DNA of 64,000 nt from an uncultured delta proteobacterium (GCA_963847605.1 CAWKAM010000017.1:84085-148084); one strand, 5' to 3'. Shown: positions 52,043-61,286, counted from the stretch's first letter. Numbers and translations are program-made. Notes: generated by a model not told the origin, from the sequence alone.

Positions 52043-52417
52043 ATGGCTACAATCCTGATTGTTGATGACTCAAGCACGGTAAGGAAGTTCCTCGCATATA
52101 CTTTAAAGACCAAGAACTTCCGGTGCATTGAGGCCTCGGACGGCTTCGACGCCCTGGAAAAACTGGCTCAGAATCCGGAGATCAGGCTCATCATCTGTGA
52201 CCTGAACATGCCCAACATGGATGGCATTGAATTCATCTGCACAGTGAGAAATGATCCCCTCTATATAGATCTCCCCATCATCATGCTCACCACCGATGGC
52301 ACACCGGAGATTAAAAAGCTCGCCTATGAAAAAGGGGCGAATCTCTACCTCGTAAAGCCATCACCTGCGCACATCATCCTGTTCAAGGTGCAGAGCCTGC
52401 TTCAGGCAGACGGGTAA
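52043..52417 (+). CDS. single-domain response regulator (CheY-like)
   Basis: IVDDS, DLNMP, LTT, YLVKP. Confidence 0.92.
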   Translation: MATILIVDDSSTVRKFLAYTLKTKNFRCIEASDGFDALEKLAQNPEIRLIICDLNMPNMDGIEFICTVRNDPLYIDLPIIMLTTDGTPEIKKLAYEKGANLYLVKPSPAHIILFKVQSLLQADG

Positions 52418-52543
52418 CAGTCGTTTATACCCAATTAAAGATCTTCTCCAACCTTTGTCATAATCTTCAAATCACACCTTTGTTTGCCTGCAATTTTTCA
52501 CAGACGAGTAATATGTTTCGGAACCACTGCGGGAGCCCGTCCT

Positions 52544-53518
52544 TCATAGCACCGACGAGAAGGAAACCGGCTTTTCCGCACCGGGGTAATGCCCCTGGAA
52601 GTTTTCTTCACCGGGTTTATACACCCTGATACCCTCGGCTAAGAACAACCCTTCGATGGTCTCAAGCTCCGCATCCTGTGGCACACGCAACTCAGGACCT
52701 GCAGGGAGCCCCAGCCACAGGCGCTTACTTGCTCCCATGGGGTGGTAGGGTACAATGGTCAGAAAGGATACCCCCAACCCACGAAGAAAGCCGGCCCAGC
52801 CCTTGATATTATCGTGCCCGTCTGTCATCCCGGGCACCAGGGGGAGGCGCGGCCAGATGGGAGGGCCATCCCGTCTGCTCCAGGCCTCCAGAAGGGACTT
52901 CAGGTTCTGCTTGATAACCGTGTTGTCCGCGCCGCATATCCGTAGGTGGTCTGCCCCGTCATAGACCTTGATGTCGAAGAGCACCATGTCGAGTTCTTGA
53001 AGAAGTGGCCGCAGCCTCTTGAGGTTAAAGTATCCGCAGGTCTCCAGGGCGACATCGATGCCTTCGGCGTGCAGCAACTTCGCCAACCGGGCTGCAAATT
53101 CCGGATAGAGCGTCGGTTCCCCGCCGGTAAAGGTCACGCCGCCCCCGGAGGTCCTGAAAAGGGAGAACTCGGGACGCAGCTCCTCCACAATCTCTTCTAC
53201 AGACCGGGTGACGCCGAAGCGCGACATGGCACCGGAAGGACAGCTTTCAATGCAGGTAAAGCAGCCTCTGCACCGCCCGGCATCCCTTTTACCCGCTTCG
53301 GCCAAGGCGTGCTCAGGGCAATTTTCTACACACCTGCCGCAGTTGATGCACAGATGCGGTTTGAAGGCTATCTCGGCCTGGGCCGTCCAGGATTCGACGT
53401 TCTGGCACCATGGGCAGCGCAAGGGGCAGCCATTGAAAAAGACCAGGCTCCGTATCCCAGGGCCGTCATGAAGGCAGAAATGCTGCAGGGAGAATATGAG
53501 GGGATCAGGTGATCCCAT
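52544..53518 (-). CDS. glycyl-radical enzyme activating enzyme
   Basis: HDGPGIR, GCPLRCPWCQN, ferredoxin-like insert (CINCGRCVENCP; CRGCFTCIESCP), GGVTFTGGEP. Confidence 0.95.
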   Translation of the reverse strand: MGSPDPLIFSLQHFCLHDGPGIRSLVFFNGCPLRCPWCQNVESWTAQAEIAFKPHLCINCGRCVENCPEHALAEAGKRDAGRCRGCFTCIESCPSGAMSRFGVTRSVEEIVEELRPEFSLFRTSGGGVTFTGGEPTLYPEFAARLAKLLHAEGIDVALETCGYFNLKRLRPLLQELDMVLFDIKVYDGADHLRICGADNTVIKQNLKSLLEAWSRRDGPPIWPRLPLVPGMTDGHDNIKGWAGFLRGLGVSFLTIVPYHPMGASKRLWLGLPAGPELRVPQDAELETIEGLFLAEGIRVYKPGEENFQGHYPGAEKPVSFSSVL

Positions 53519-55979
53519 GGGCCGTCCTTTCTATGATCTCGTCCTGCACATCGCTCTGGAGGTCGTTGAAATAGGCGCAGTATCCGGCCACACGCACCAC
53601 GATCCCCGGGAAGGAGGCGGGGTCCATCTTCGCCGCCTTCAGCGTCTCGGTATCGAGTATGTTGACCTGAACCTGCATCCCCCCCTGATCGAAATAGTTT
53701 TTAAAGAGGTGCATCAGGGCCTTTCGCCCGGTCTCCCCCTGAACGATCTTCTTGTCGAATTTCAGGTTCAGGGCATGGCAGTTCATCCATTTCCTGCTGT
53801 CCAGGGAGGCTGCCGATCGCAGAACGGCCGTTGGGCCCAGACGCTCGGACCCGTCTATCGGGGCCAGACCGTTGGAGAGGCGCTTTCCGGCAGGCCTGCC
53901 GTTGGGCAGAGCTCCTGTAACCTTGCCGAAACCGATGTGGCAGGTCATGGAATAGAACCCCGGAACATACTGCCCGCCGCGCGTGTTCTTATGGGCCAGG
54001 AGCGCATCGGCAAAGGCGTCGGCAGCGAGCTGGGTCATCCGGTCCGCCTCAAGATCGCCGTTGCCGTAGCGGGGGAGTTTCGAAGCCAGCTCTACCCTCA
54101 GGGCCTCATGTCCGCGGAAGTTGTCGCGCAGGATCCGGACAAACTCTTCCAGACCGAAGCGTTTCTGATCAAAGACGACCTTCTTCAGGGCGTAGAGGGA
54201 ATCGCCCGCATCGGCGAGGCCCGCAGCCTGGATGGAGGTGTAATCGTAGAGTCCGCCCCCCCAGGTCACGTCCTTGCCCTTCCTCAGGCAGCCCTCGGTA
54301 AGGATCGAATTCACCGGTGTCGGCCGGGCCGTCCGGTAGACCTCCTCCAGCCAGCCGATCACCTTCACCAGGTCGTCAACACCGTGGCGGACCTGCGCCC
54401 GGAAGGCCTCCAGCACTTCTTCAAATGACTTCATCGCAGATGCCGGTGGTGTGGCGGCGCCGAAGCGGCGTTTTCCCTCGATCCTGGCCTTGCCGTGGAA
54501 GCGAGCGCCCTCGTTCAGGGCCAGCTCGAGACAGATCGGCAGATTGAAGAGCGCGGCATCCGATGAGTTGTATGTGCGCCCCTGGCTTGCCATCTCCACG
54601 CAGCCGATGACGGCATAGTCCCGGGCATGCGCCTTGGTCATGCCCGCTTCTTCAAGTGCTTTAACCACGGCCGTATCCCCAAACATGGAGGGGCGGCTGG
54701 TGCCCATCTGGAGGAGCTCCACGCTTTTTTCGAAAAACCACTCAGGCGTTGCGGGATGGATGCGGACGTGCACAGCCGGCTCGCGGGTCAGGACCTGGGC
54801 ATAGGCGTTCAGGATAAGTCCGGAAAGCTCGTTGGTCACGTCATTTCCCTTTTCGTCGGTGCCCCCCAGGGTGAAGGCCTGGGCGACCCCGTTGCCGCTG
54901 AAGAACCGGTCGACCCTTTCGGAGTAGAGCGGCATGGTCTCGCAGGTCTTCAGGCAGAAGCCGGCCGTTATCTCAATGGCACGCTCGGGGGTAAGAGCGC
55001 CCTGTTCGATGTCAGCGCGATACAGCGGCAGGAGGATCTGGTCCATCCGGCCGAAGGAGAGACCCTGCTCGAAGTCTTCCAGGTTCAATGCCACATGGAC
55101 AAGCCAGGTGGCCTGCAGTCCCTCCAGGTAGGTCCGGGCGGGTTCAAAGGGGACCCATCGGCAGGCCTTCGCCGATTCCAGGAGCTCGGCCCTTCTCTGC
55201 TCGGATATACCGGGCCTCTTCGCCATGTTCTCTGCCTCGTCTGCAAGATTTTCCGCCATCTTCCTGATGCCGTCGAGGGTGATCACCACGGAGCGGAAGA
55301 AGGCCCTCTGATCGGCATCCAGGGGGGAGCCGTCAGCAAGCCTCCCTTCCTCCAGTCGCAGTCTGGCCTCTTCATAGGGGCGTCTCAGGCCCGCATGGAC
55401 GACCATCCGATAGTTTCCAACCTGATGGCCTACGCCCGCCTCCTCTGTCACGAAGTGGCGCTTGGCCCTGAAGAAATCCAGAAAGTAGGAAAGACGGCCT
55501 GGCTTGAGCAGCGCCCTGGCGGCCACGCTTTTGAAGGAGTTCCTCAAACCCAGGAGAAGAAGCTCTGCGGTCTCCACACCGGAGAGTTTCAGGGGTATGG
55601 TCCGTTTTCCCAAACGGAAGAAATCCTCAAGGATGTTGATGGACCCGCCCTCGATGTAGTAGTTGGCCGCGATACGCTTTGAGGTCATGTTGCCGATGAT
55701 GAGTTCACCCTCGTAAATACAAGGCTTGCGATGGGAGAATATGTACTTGAGTGCCAAGGCGCGCTGCACCAGGGGATGATCCTCCCTGGCACTTCGGCGT
55801 CCCTCGGCTGAGCGCCAAAATTCCTCCAGGAGCCTCGGCCTTTCCAGACAGATCGAGTACGGCGTGGCAAGCAGCTCCGCCCTGATGGCCTTAATGCGGG
55901 AAGTGGGACTGATGAAACCCTCTGGCGGGGCAGAAGCCTCCGGGGCCTTGGACGGCGTGACGTGCGGTAACGTAGCCAT
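53505..55979 (-). CDS. glycyl-radical enzyme of unknown substrate (PFL-like superfamily)
   Basis: SFGRMDQ, Cys loop IGCVE (single Cys), Gly loop VRVAGY. Confidence 0.93.
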   Translation of the reverse strand: MATLPHVTPSKAPEASAPPEGFISPTSRIKAIRAELLATPYSICLERPRLLEEFWRSAEGRRSAREDHPLVQRALALKYIFSHRKPCIYEGELIIGNMTSKRIAANYYIEGGSINILEDFFRLGKRTIPLKLSGVETAELLLLGLRNSFKSVAARALLKPGRLSYFLDFFRAKRHFVTEEAGVGHQVGNYRMVVHAGLRRPYEEARLRLEEGRLADGSPLDADQRAFFRSVVITLDGIRKMAENLADEAENMAKRPGISEQRRAELLESAKACRWVPFEPARTYLEGLQATWLVHVALNLEDFEQGLSFGRMDQILLPLYRADIEQGALTPERAIEITAGFCLKTCETMPLYSERVDRFFSGNGVAQAFTLGGTDEKGNDVTNELSGLILNAYAQVLTREPAVHVRIHPATPEWFFEKSVELLQMGTSRPSMFGDTAVVKALEEAGMTKAHARDYAVIGCVEMASQGRTYNSSDAALFNLPICLELALNEGARFHGKARIEGKRRFGAATPPASAMKSFEEVLEAFRAQVRHGVDDLVKVIGWLEEVYRTARPTPVNSILTEGCLRKGKDVTWGGGLYDYTSIQAAGLADAGDSLYALKKVVFDQKRFGLEEFVRILRDNFRGHEALRVELASKLPRYGNGDLEADRMTQLAADAFADALLAHKNTRGGQYVPGFYSMTCHIGFGKVTGALPNGRPAGKRLSNGLAPIDGSERLGPTAVLRSAASLDSRKWMNCHALNLKFDKKIVQGETGRKALMHLFKNYFDQGGMQVQVNILDTETLKAAKMDPASFPGIVVRVAGYCAYFNDLQSDVQDEIIERTAHGIT

Positions 55980-56344
55980 GGGACGATTTCCTCCTTTTGT
56001 AATAAATCGTCTCTGACCTCAAGGAAACCACAAGGAAACGCAATTACACATATGCGGGATTGATCAGCCCGGTGTGGACCGCATGTCATGCACAGGCAAG
56101 GCTGCTGCCGGCTTTTGTCCTCTCTTCAAAGCCGTGACGAGAATCTGGAATATGAGTTTCTTCATGCAGCCCATAACATAATAATAACTGGATGATATAA
56201 TTTCCGCAACATTTAATAAGGAGATTATCCTGGGCAGGGTGGATTTCTGACCACGAACTTGTGAGGGGTTCAGTGCACCGTTACTTAGGTGTCTTCAGAA
56301 AAATCCGTTCCAGCTATCATCCAAAATTTCAACTGCATATCATT

Positions 56345-56520
56345 GTCCTTTCTTTGCATGCCCAAAGAAAGGACCAAAGAAAAACCATGAACCTGCCCTT
56401 CGGGTCCGTTCACTCGCTTGAAAAATCAGGGCCGCGTCCAACTCGCTCCGTTTCACTCCGCTCAGACATGGGACGCTGTTCCCCCTGATTTTTCTTCGCT
56501 CGCTCACCGGGTTCAGAGGG
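56345..56520. other. highly structured non-coding element
   Basis: GTCCTTTCTTTG/CAAAGAAAGGAC hairpin; nested pairs TGAACC/GGTTCA, GAAAAATCAGGG/CCCTGATTTTTC, GCGTCC/GGACGC; CCC-TTC-GGG hairpin. Confidence 0.7.
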
Positions 56521-56569
56521 GCTAGCAAAGACAAAGCTTATTGTGGGTGTAAATGGTCAACAAGGACAG

Positions 56570-56601
56570 GTAGAGTGGGTGGAGCGCTAGCGTAACCCAC
56601 C
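56570..56601 (+). repeat. GTAG-type REP-like palindrome
   Basis: GTAG followed by the imperfect palindrome GTGGGT-GGAGCGCTAGCGTA-ACCCAC. Confidence 0.55.
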
Positions 56602-56761
56602 ATCTTTTGATCCATCTCAATTACTGAGTATTTCTATCCCACGGGCAAGCCCTCCGGGCTTCGCCCATGCCACCCAAGAAATACCGCTGATTATCCTTGT
56701 CACCCATCCTTTCCGTCTATCATTCAAATTTCAACTACATATCATTTCTGAAAACTAGTAT

Positions 56762-56796
56762 GGTGTCCCCAAATTTTCAGGTGTCCCCAAATTTTC
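56762..56796. repeat. tandem 17-bp repeat at the cassette truncation point
   Basis: GGTGTCCCCAAATTTTC at 56762-56778 and 56780-56796. Confidence 0.85.
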
Positions 56797-56797
56797 T

Positions 56798-56953
56798 CAG
56801 GTCTAAAATCTTGGAGGGCAGAGGGCTACACACACTTACAATCTTACTGATTGCCTCCAACTGAAGGTTTGCACCAGGAATAGCCCCTCGAACACCTTCT
56901 TAATAGGTCTGTGCAAGCTCCTTGGTTTGCCATTTGCTGCGCTGTTCATTCAT
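56798..56953 (-). pseudogene. truncated gene cassette, likely the N-terminus of a class I SAM methyltransferase
   Basis: MNEQRSKWQTKELAQTY*EGVRGAIPG...SKILDL; internal stop; cut where motif I (LDLGxG) would begin; RBS GAGGA just after GTTGGAT. Confidence 0.6.
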
Positions 56954-56964
56954 GTTTATTCCTC

Positions 56965-57028
56965 ATCCAACAGCTGGCATCAGCGGCGCGGACAACAGCC
57001 CGCGCCCGCCTGCATGCGCTAGTTAGGC
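56965..57028 (-). other. integron attC site
   Basis: Minus strand: R'' GCCTAAC, 5 bp, L'' CATGCAGG, GC-rich stem-loop, L' GCTGATG, 6 bp, R' GTTGGAT; one extra G in L''; upstream gene's stop codon lies in R''. Confidence 0.9.
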
Positions 57029-57496
57029 GATTCTTTTTTCTTTGACTTCCCTAATGATTCGTCGCACACATCCATCATCACATAACTCATATAAAGGGCG
57101 TTTCTGAAGAAGGCGAAAGAACAAGAGGAGATCTGCTCCTTGAAGTTCATCCATATATATTTTTTGAATGCCCGGTATGAGTCCCTGGGCTTCTATAATT
57201 GAACATGCTTCTGCTACCTCCTCACTTGAATTAAGACCAAGTACACCCGCTCTTAACATACCATTCATGTCGGATGTTGTTACTGAATTAACTAAATCTC
57301 TGTATTGGCTGACCACACCATGTATTCTCTTTATCCTTTCCTCTTCAGTTTTTCGACGGAAATCCTCTTCTCTTTCTATTTCATGACGTTGTATATCTTT
57401 TTTCATAAGTTGTTTGCCACGCTGAACACCAGCAAAGTAGATAAGAACATAGATAATAATCGCTGCAACAGTTAAGAAAATGTCAAGAGTTAACAT
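57023..57496 (-). CDS. integron cassette protein, N-terminal TM helix, unknown function
   Basis: 157 aa, AT-rich, bounded by GTTAGGT (57511-57517) and attC. Confidence 0.8.
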   Translation of the reverse strand: MLTLDIFLTVAAIIIYVLIYFAGVQRGKQLMKKDIQRHEIEREEDFRRKTEEERIKRIHGVVSQYRDLVNSVTTSDMNGMLRAGVLGLNSSEEVAEACSIIEAQGLIPGIQKIYMDELQGADLLLFFRLLQKRPLYELCDDGCVRRIIREVKEKRIA

Positions 57497-57736
57497 ATGT
57501 AATCCTAATTACCTAACAGGATAAAAGAGAGCAAATGTGGAAAAGTGGAAGTCAGGGCAATATTCATGTCTATAATCCCCTCCGTCAATGCATGTCCAAG
57601 AAAAATTTGGAAGCGAGGTTTTCTCCTTCGCCTCTCATTCAACTAAATCAATACAAACTCACAACTCTAAATTATATTATACAGGAAGCCAGATAAATGG
57701 TCAAGAAACCTCTCTTTGATCTTATTCTTAGGGAAT

Positions 57737-59107
57737 CTATTGACCGTTCCCACCCTCAGGCTGCTCATCACCCGGCGCTGCAATGCTCCTCAGCGCCACC
57801 TCCACGGGTTCCGGACACTCGAGGACCTCACCGTGCTCGGGTGCGGTGAGGTCTTTGAGGCGGTTGGCGGACGGAAGGATGCGCGACTCAAAGGAGCCCA
57901 GCGCTGAATTGTAAGATTCAGTGGCTTTTTGGAGCCCGTCGCGGATCTTGTCGAAGTGCTTTACAAAGGTCTTGAGCCGGTCGAACAGCTCGACGCCGGT
58001 CTCCCAGATCTTATGCGCGTTCTCGGATGCGCTCTGCTGCTGCCAGCTCATGGCAACGGAGCGCAGCAGTGCAATGAGGGTCACCGGCGTTGCAATGAGA
58101 ATCTTCTTTTCGATGCCGTCTTCGATGAGGGTCTTGTCCTGGTCGAGCGCCGCGCTGAAAAAGGCCTCGCCGGGCAGGAACAGGACCACGAAATCGGGTG
58201 TGGGGGTGAACTGCTTCCAGTATTCCTTTGAGGCAAGGGCATTCATGTGGTCCCGCACGGATCTTGCATGTTTGCCCAGGCATGTGGACTGTATATTCGG
58301 GTCCGTGGCCTCGTAGGCCTCAAGATAAGCCCTTAAAGGAACCTTGGCATCGATGACCACCTGCCTGCCTTCAGGGAGTTTCACGATCAGGTCAGGCCGC
58401 TTCCTGCCCGTTTCACTTTCGGCAACGGGCTGCTCTATGAAGTCACAGTGGGCGGACATGCCCGAGAGCTCCACTACCCGCTTCAACGTGATCTCTCCCC
58501 ACCTGCCCCTGGCCTGGGGCTCCTTCAGGGCGGAGGCCAGGGTCCTGGTCTGGTCGGTGAGCCTGTCCTGCATCTTCACCAGCTCCTCGATGTGGCGGCT
58601 GATGTCGCCGTAGGCCGATTGGCGTGAGCCCTCCATGGCCTGGATCTGGGTCTCATATCGCTTGAGCGATTCCTCCAGCGGCTTCACAACCGCTTCAACG
58701 GCGCCCTGCCTCTTCTCGAAGTCGCCCTTCATCTCAGCCAATACCGCTTCCATAGTCTTGCCTGCCAGTTGTATGAAGGCCTGGTTGTTCTGATTGAGTG
58801 CATCCAGTGACAGGGCCTTGAAGGTCTCGGTGAGCTGCCTGGCTGCATTATCCAGCAGAACCTTCTGCTCAGTGAGGGATGCCTGGGCCTCTTGAAGCCT
58901 CGTCTCCAGACGGGCACGCTCCAGGCGCTCGGCCTCCAGGAGGTCACTCGCCTGGGCGATTTCGCCCCTGAGCCTTTCATTAAGGGCCCGGCTCTCCGCA
59001 AGCGACTGCTCGAGGGCCTTGAGCTCGCCCGAATAGCGTGCCCTGGCAAAGAGCCACCCGGCTATGCCGCCTGAAATGAATGTAACTGCAAGAAGCAGGT
59101 ACTCCAT
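57737..59107 (-). CDS. rmuC: DNA recombination protein RmuC
   Basis: TM helix, coiled coil, RGRWGEITL, RPDLIVKLP, IDAKVPL, DFVVLFLPGE. Confidence 0.95.
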   Translation of the reverse strand: MEYLLLAVTFISGGIAGWLFARARYSGELKALEQSLAESRALNERLRGEIAQASDLLEAERLERARLETRLQEAQASLTEQKVLLDNAARQLTETFKALSLDALNQNNQAFIQLAGKTMEAVLAEMKGDFEKRQGAVEAVVKPLEESLKRYETQIQAMEGSRQSAYGDISRHIEELVKMQDRLTDQTRTLASALKEPQARGRWGEITLKRVVELSGMSAHCDFIEQPVAESETGRKRPDLIVKLPEGRQVVIDAKVPLRAYLEAYEATDPNIQSTCLGKHARSVRDHMNALASKEYWKQFTPTPDFVVLFLPGEAFFSAALDQDKTLIEDGIEKKILIATPVTLIALLRSVAMSWQQQSASENAHKIWETGVELFDRLKTFVKHFDKIRDGLQKATESYNSALGSFESRILPSANRLKDLTAPEHGEVLECPEPVEVALRSIAAPGDEQPEGGNGQ

Positions 59108-59168
59108 GATACCCCTCTCTCATCCGTTCAATAGTGAAGCGTACAATGTACGCATTCATAATACTGAA

Positions 59169-59224
59169 CCCCTCACCTCGGCCCTCTCCCCCTAAGCCCA
59201 GGGGGAGAGGGTATGGGTGAGGGG
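59169..59224. repeat. long GC-rich REP-like hairpin
   Basis: CCCCTCACC..CCCTCTCCCCCT-aagccc-AGGGGGAGAGGG..GGTGAGGGG. Confidence 0.75.
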
Positions 59225-59515
59225 ACCCCTGCCCGGGTGTTTTTGGTTTATCCGAATGCGTCTTGGTATCACAATAGCTCCATCAGACAGACCCGTACAA
59301 GCACATTCTCCAAGGGCTCATGATCATAAGTTCATGAACCATTCATTCACGAGACACAGGGCATGATGAGAGGGGTTAGCCTTATTGTTTACATTATATT
59401 CCGTGCAGGATGGGGTATGAATGTGCCTTGGGGGGTTGGGTATGTCTTATTCCTGGATTTTGCCAATGCCTCAAGTTCCAGGGCCTTTGCATTTCTCTCA
59501 TAAGACATGAGGGGC

Positions 59516-61135
59516 TCATATGTCCAGCCCTGAAGCAAGTTTCTTGTGCTCTCTTTTTATGGCAAAATATGCATAGAGCCCCAACAGGGGGGCGATGATC
59601 CTGGTCTTCCATCCGAATTCTTTGTAGATGTCACTCAAGATGGATCCAATCTTGTCGTGCATTCGTTGATCATCTTTGTACCATCTCTTCATTGCCCATA
59701 CTGCTGCACCATAGATGGTCTTCAAATATTTTATCTCCCACTTCAGGCGAGCGCGTATGCATGGGTCAGGATGGTTCTTGTATCGCTTCCAGCCTGCAAG
59801 CATGGTGCGTATCATCCTGGCAAGGCTGGGGCCGTTTACCTCAAAGTCTTGATTGAAGGCATTGCGAAGATATTCGGTTTCCCGGCCGTCCTTGATGTGC
59901 TCATGAGAAAAGTTGAAACGGTGCTGTCCATGATTATCCGCAGACGGGCGTTCATCCTCACCCAGAAGGGTCCCATCCTTTTTGTGCTGTTCATATAAAG
60001 GTGTGCCCGGGATGGGCGTGTAGAGCATGAACTGGTGAAAAACCGTATCGTGTCGAACAGCATAATCTATAACCCGATCAATGTTCTCATGGGTATGATT
60101 CTCCAGTCCGAGAATAGTTGATCCCAAGACGCGTATGCCGTGGGATTGGAGCTCCTGCACTAAATCTCTTGTTTCCACACCGCTGAGTTTTCCATAGGAG
60201 CTGTTTTCGCCCTCCAGGCCCATCCAGACCCACGATATGCCCAGGCGGATCAGTTGTTCCATGGTATATGACTTCAAAACCCTGGCTGAAGAGAATACGA
60301 ACAAGGCCCAGGACTTCTTATTGAGCTTCATCAGTTCCAAAAGCCGCAGTGCCCTGTCACGCTGCAGGAGGAAGTTCTCATCCATCACGAAAAAGGCGCT
60401 CACCTTAAGCTTTGCCTCAATATCACACATGACCGTGAACAGGTCATCCCCCGTTTCATAGAAGTTGATGAACTTGCCTTTCCCCCCGTACAAGGCGGAT
60501 GTAGAGCAGAAGTTACACCCCATGGGGCATCCAACCGAGGGTATCAACATTGCTGCGGTGTTTACCGGTTTATCAGGTGTGCTTATGCCGAGAATTCGGG
60601 TGCCGAATCCGGAATATACCAGTGGGTGTTTTATAGGGGCCTTCTCGTTCAGTCCCAGGAATTTTCTAAACCACCTCACACCCTCTCCCTTGCAGATATA
60701 ATCTGCATCAATGGTGGGCTTCAGGTCCGGCATGTTGGCAATATGCCCCCCCACGACAATGGTCGCCTTAGGCAGATGCGTCCGGATCAGCTCGCACATC
60801 TTTTTTACCTTGCCGATGTTCGGGATGATGGCGCTGATGCCTATGATGTCGTATGAATGATCGGTGAGTTCATCAGTAAATCGCTCAAGGCTCGGGAAGT
60901 CCAGGAGCGTGCACGGGGCATCGATATTTTCTTTGATGAGCATCAAACCGAAGGAGCGATGAAACATGCGGAGTGAAAAAGGCCCCTGCTCCCGTGTGAC
61001 CTGGTTGTGGTAGAGCTCCATAGGATTGATCTTCCGGCTCCCATATTCATCATCCCTGGCATAGGGGCCGAATACGCTTGTTAATAATATGTTGGCTCGT
61101 GATCCGAGCGGATGTATCGGATTCATTGTTTCCAT
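59516..61135 (-). CDS. B12-binding radical SAM protein (C-terminus may extend to 59389)
   Basis: DIIGIS, IVVGG, GEG, GCPMGCNFC, MDENF, GLE, TPIPGTPLY. Confidence 0.9.
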   Translation of the reverse strand: METMNPIHPLGSRANILLTSVFGPYARDDEYGSRKINPMELYHNQVTREQGPFSLRMFHRSFGLMLIKENIDAPCTLLDFPSLERFTDELTDHSYDIIGISAIIPNIGKVKKMCELIRTHLPKATIVVGGHIANMPDLKPTIDADYICKGEGVRWFRKFLGLNEKAPIKHPLVYSGFGTRILGISTPDKPVNTAAMLIPSVGCPMGCNFCSTSALYGGKGKFINFYETGDDLFTVMCDIEAKLKVSAFFVMDENFLLQRDRALRLLELMKLNKKSWALFVFSSARVLKSYTMEQLIRLGISWVWMGLEGENSSYGKLSGVETRDLVQELQSHGIRVLGSTILGLENHTHENIDRVIDYAVRHDTVFHQFMLYTPIPGTPLYEQHKKDGTLLGEDERPSADNHGQHRFNFSHEHIKDGRETEYLRNAFNQDFEVNGPSLARMIRTMLAGWKRYKNHPDPCIRARLKWEIKYLKTIYGAAVWAMKRWYKDDQRMHDKIGSILSDIYKEFGWKTRIIAPLLGLYAYFAIKREHKKLASGLDI

Positions 61136-61286
61136 GGTTGTTCTCCTTGGGGAAAGCTATGAGGAGGGATATCGTCCGGATCAACAATATTAACAATCTA
61201 ATTATTTGATTTCACATTATAATTACAATTCATTTGCATATGATTTACGTAAGCAGGGCTTAAACAAGATTAAAGTGGTTCATAAC

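Larger units (their letters stand above)
56314..56746. repeat. about 30-bp imperfect direct repeat enclosing several hairpin elements
   Basis: CTATCATCCAAAATTTCAACTGCATATCATT (56314-56344) vs CTATCATTCAAATTTCAACTACATATCATT (56717-56746). Confidence 0.8.

Noticed and set aside
54627-55682. 351-aa plus-strand ORF, and similar long antisense ORFs at 43321-44316, 40365-41204, 53496-54428 and 61206-62081
   Set aside because: Antisense shadows of well-supported genes in GC-rich DNA; no motifs
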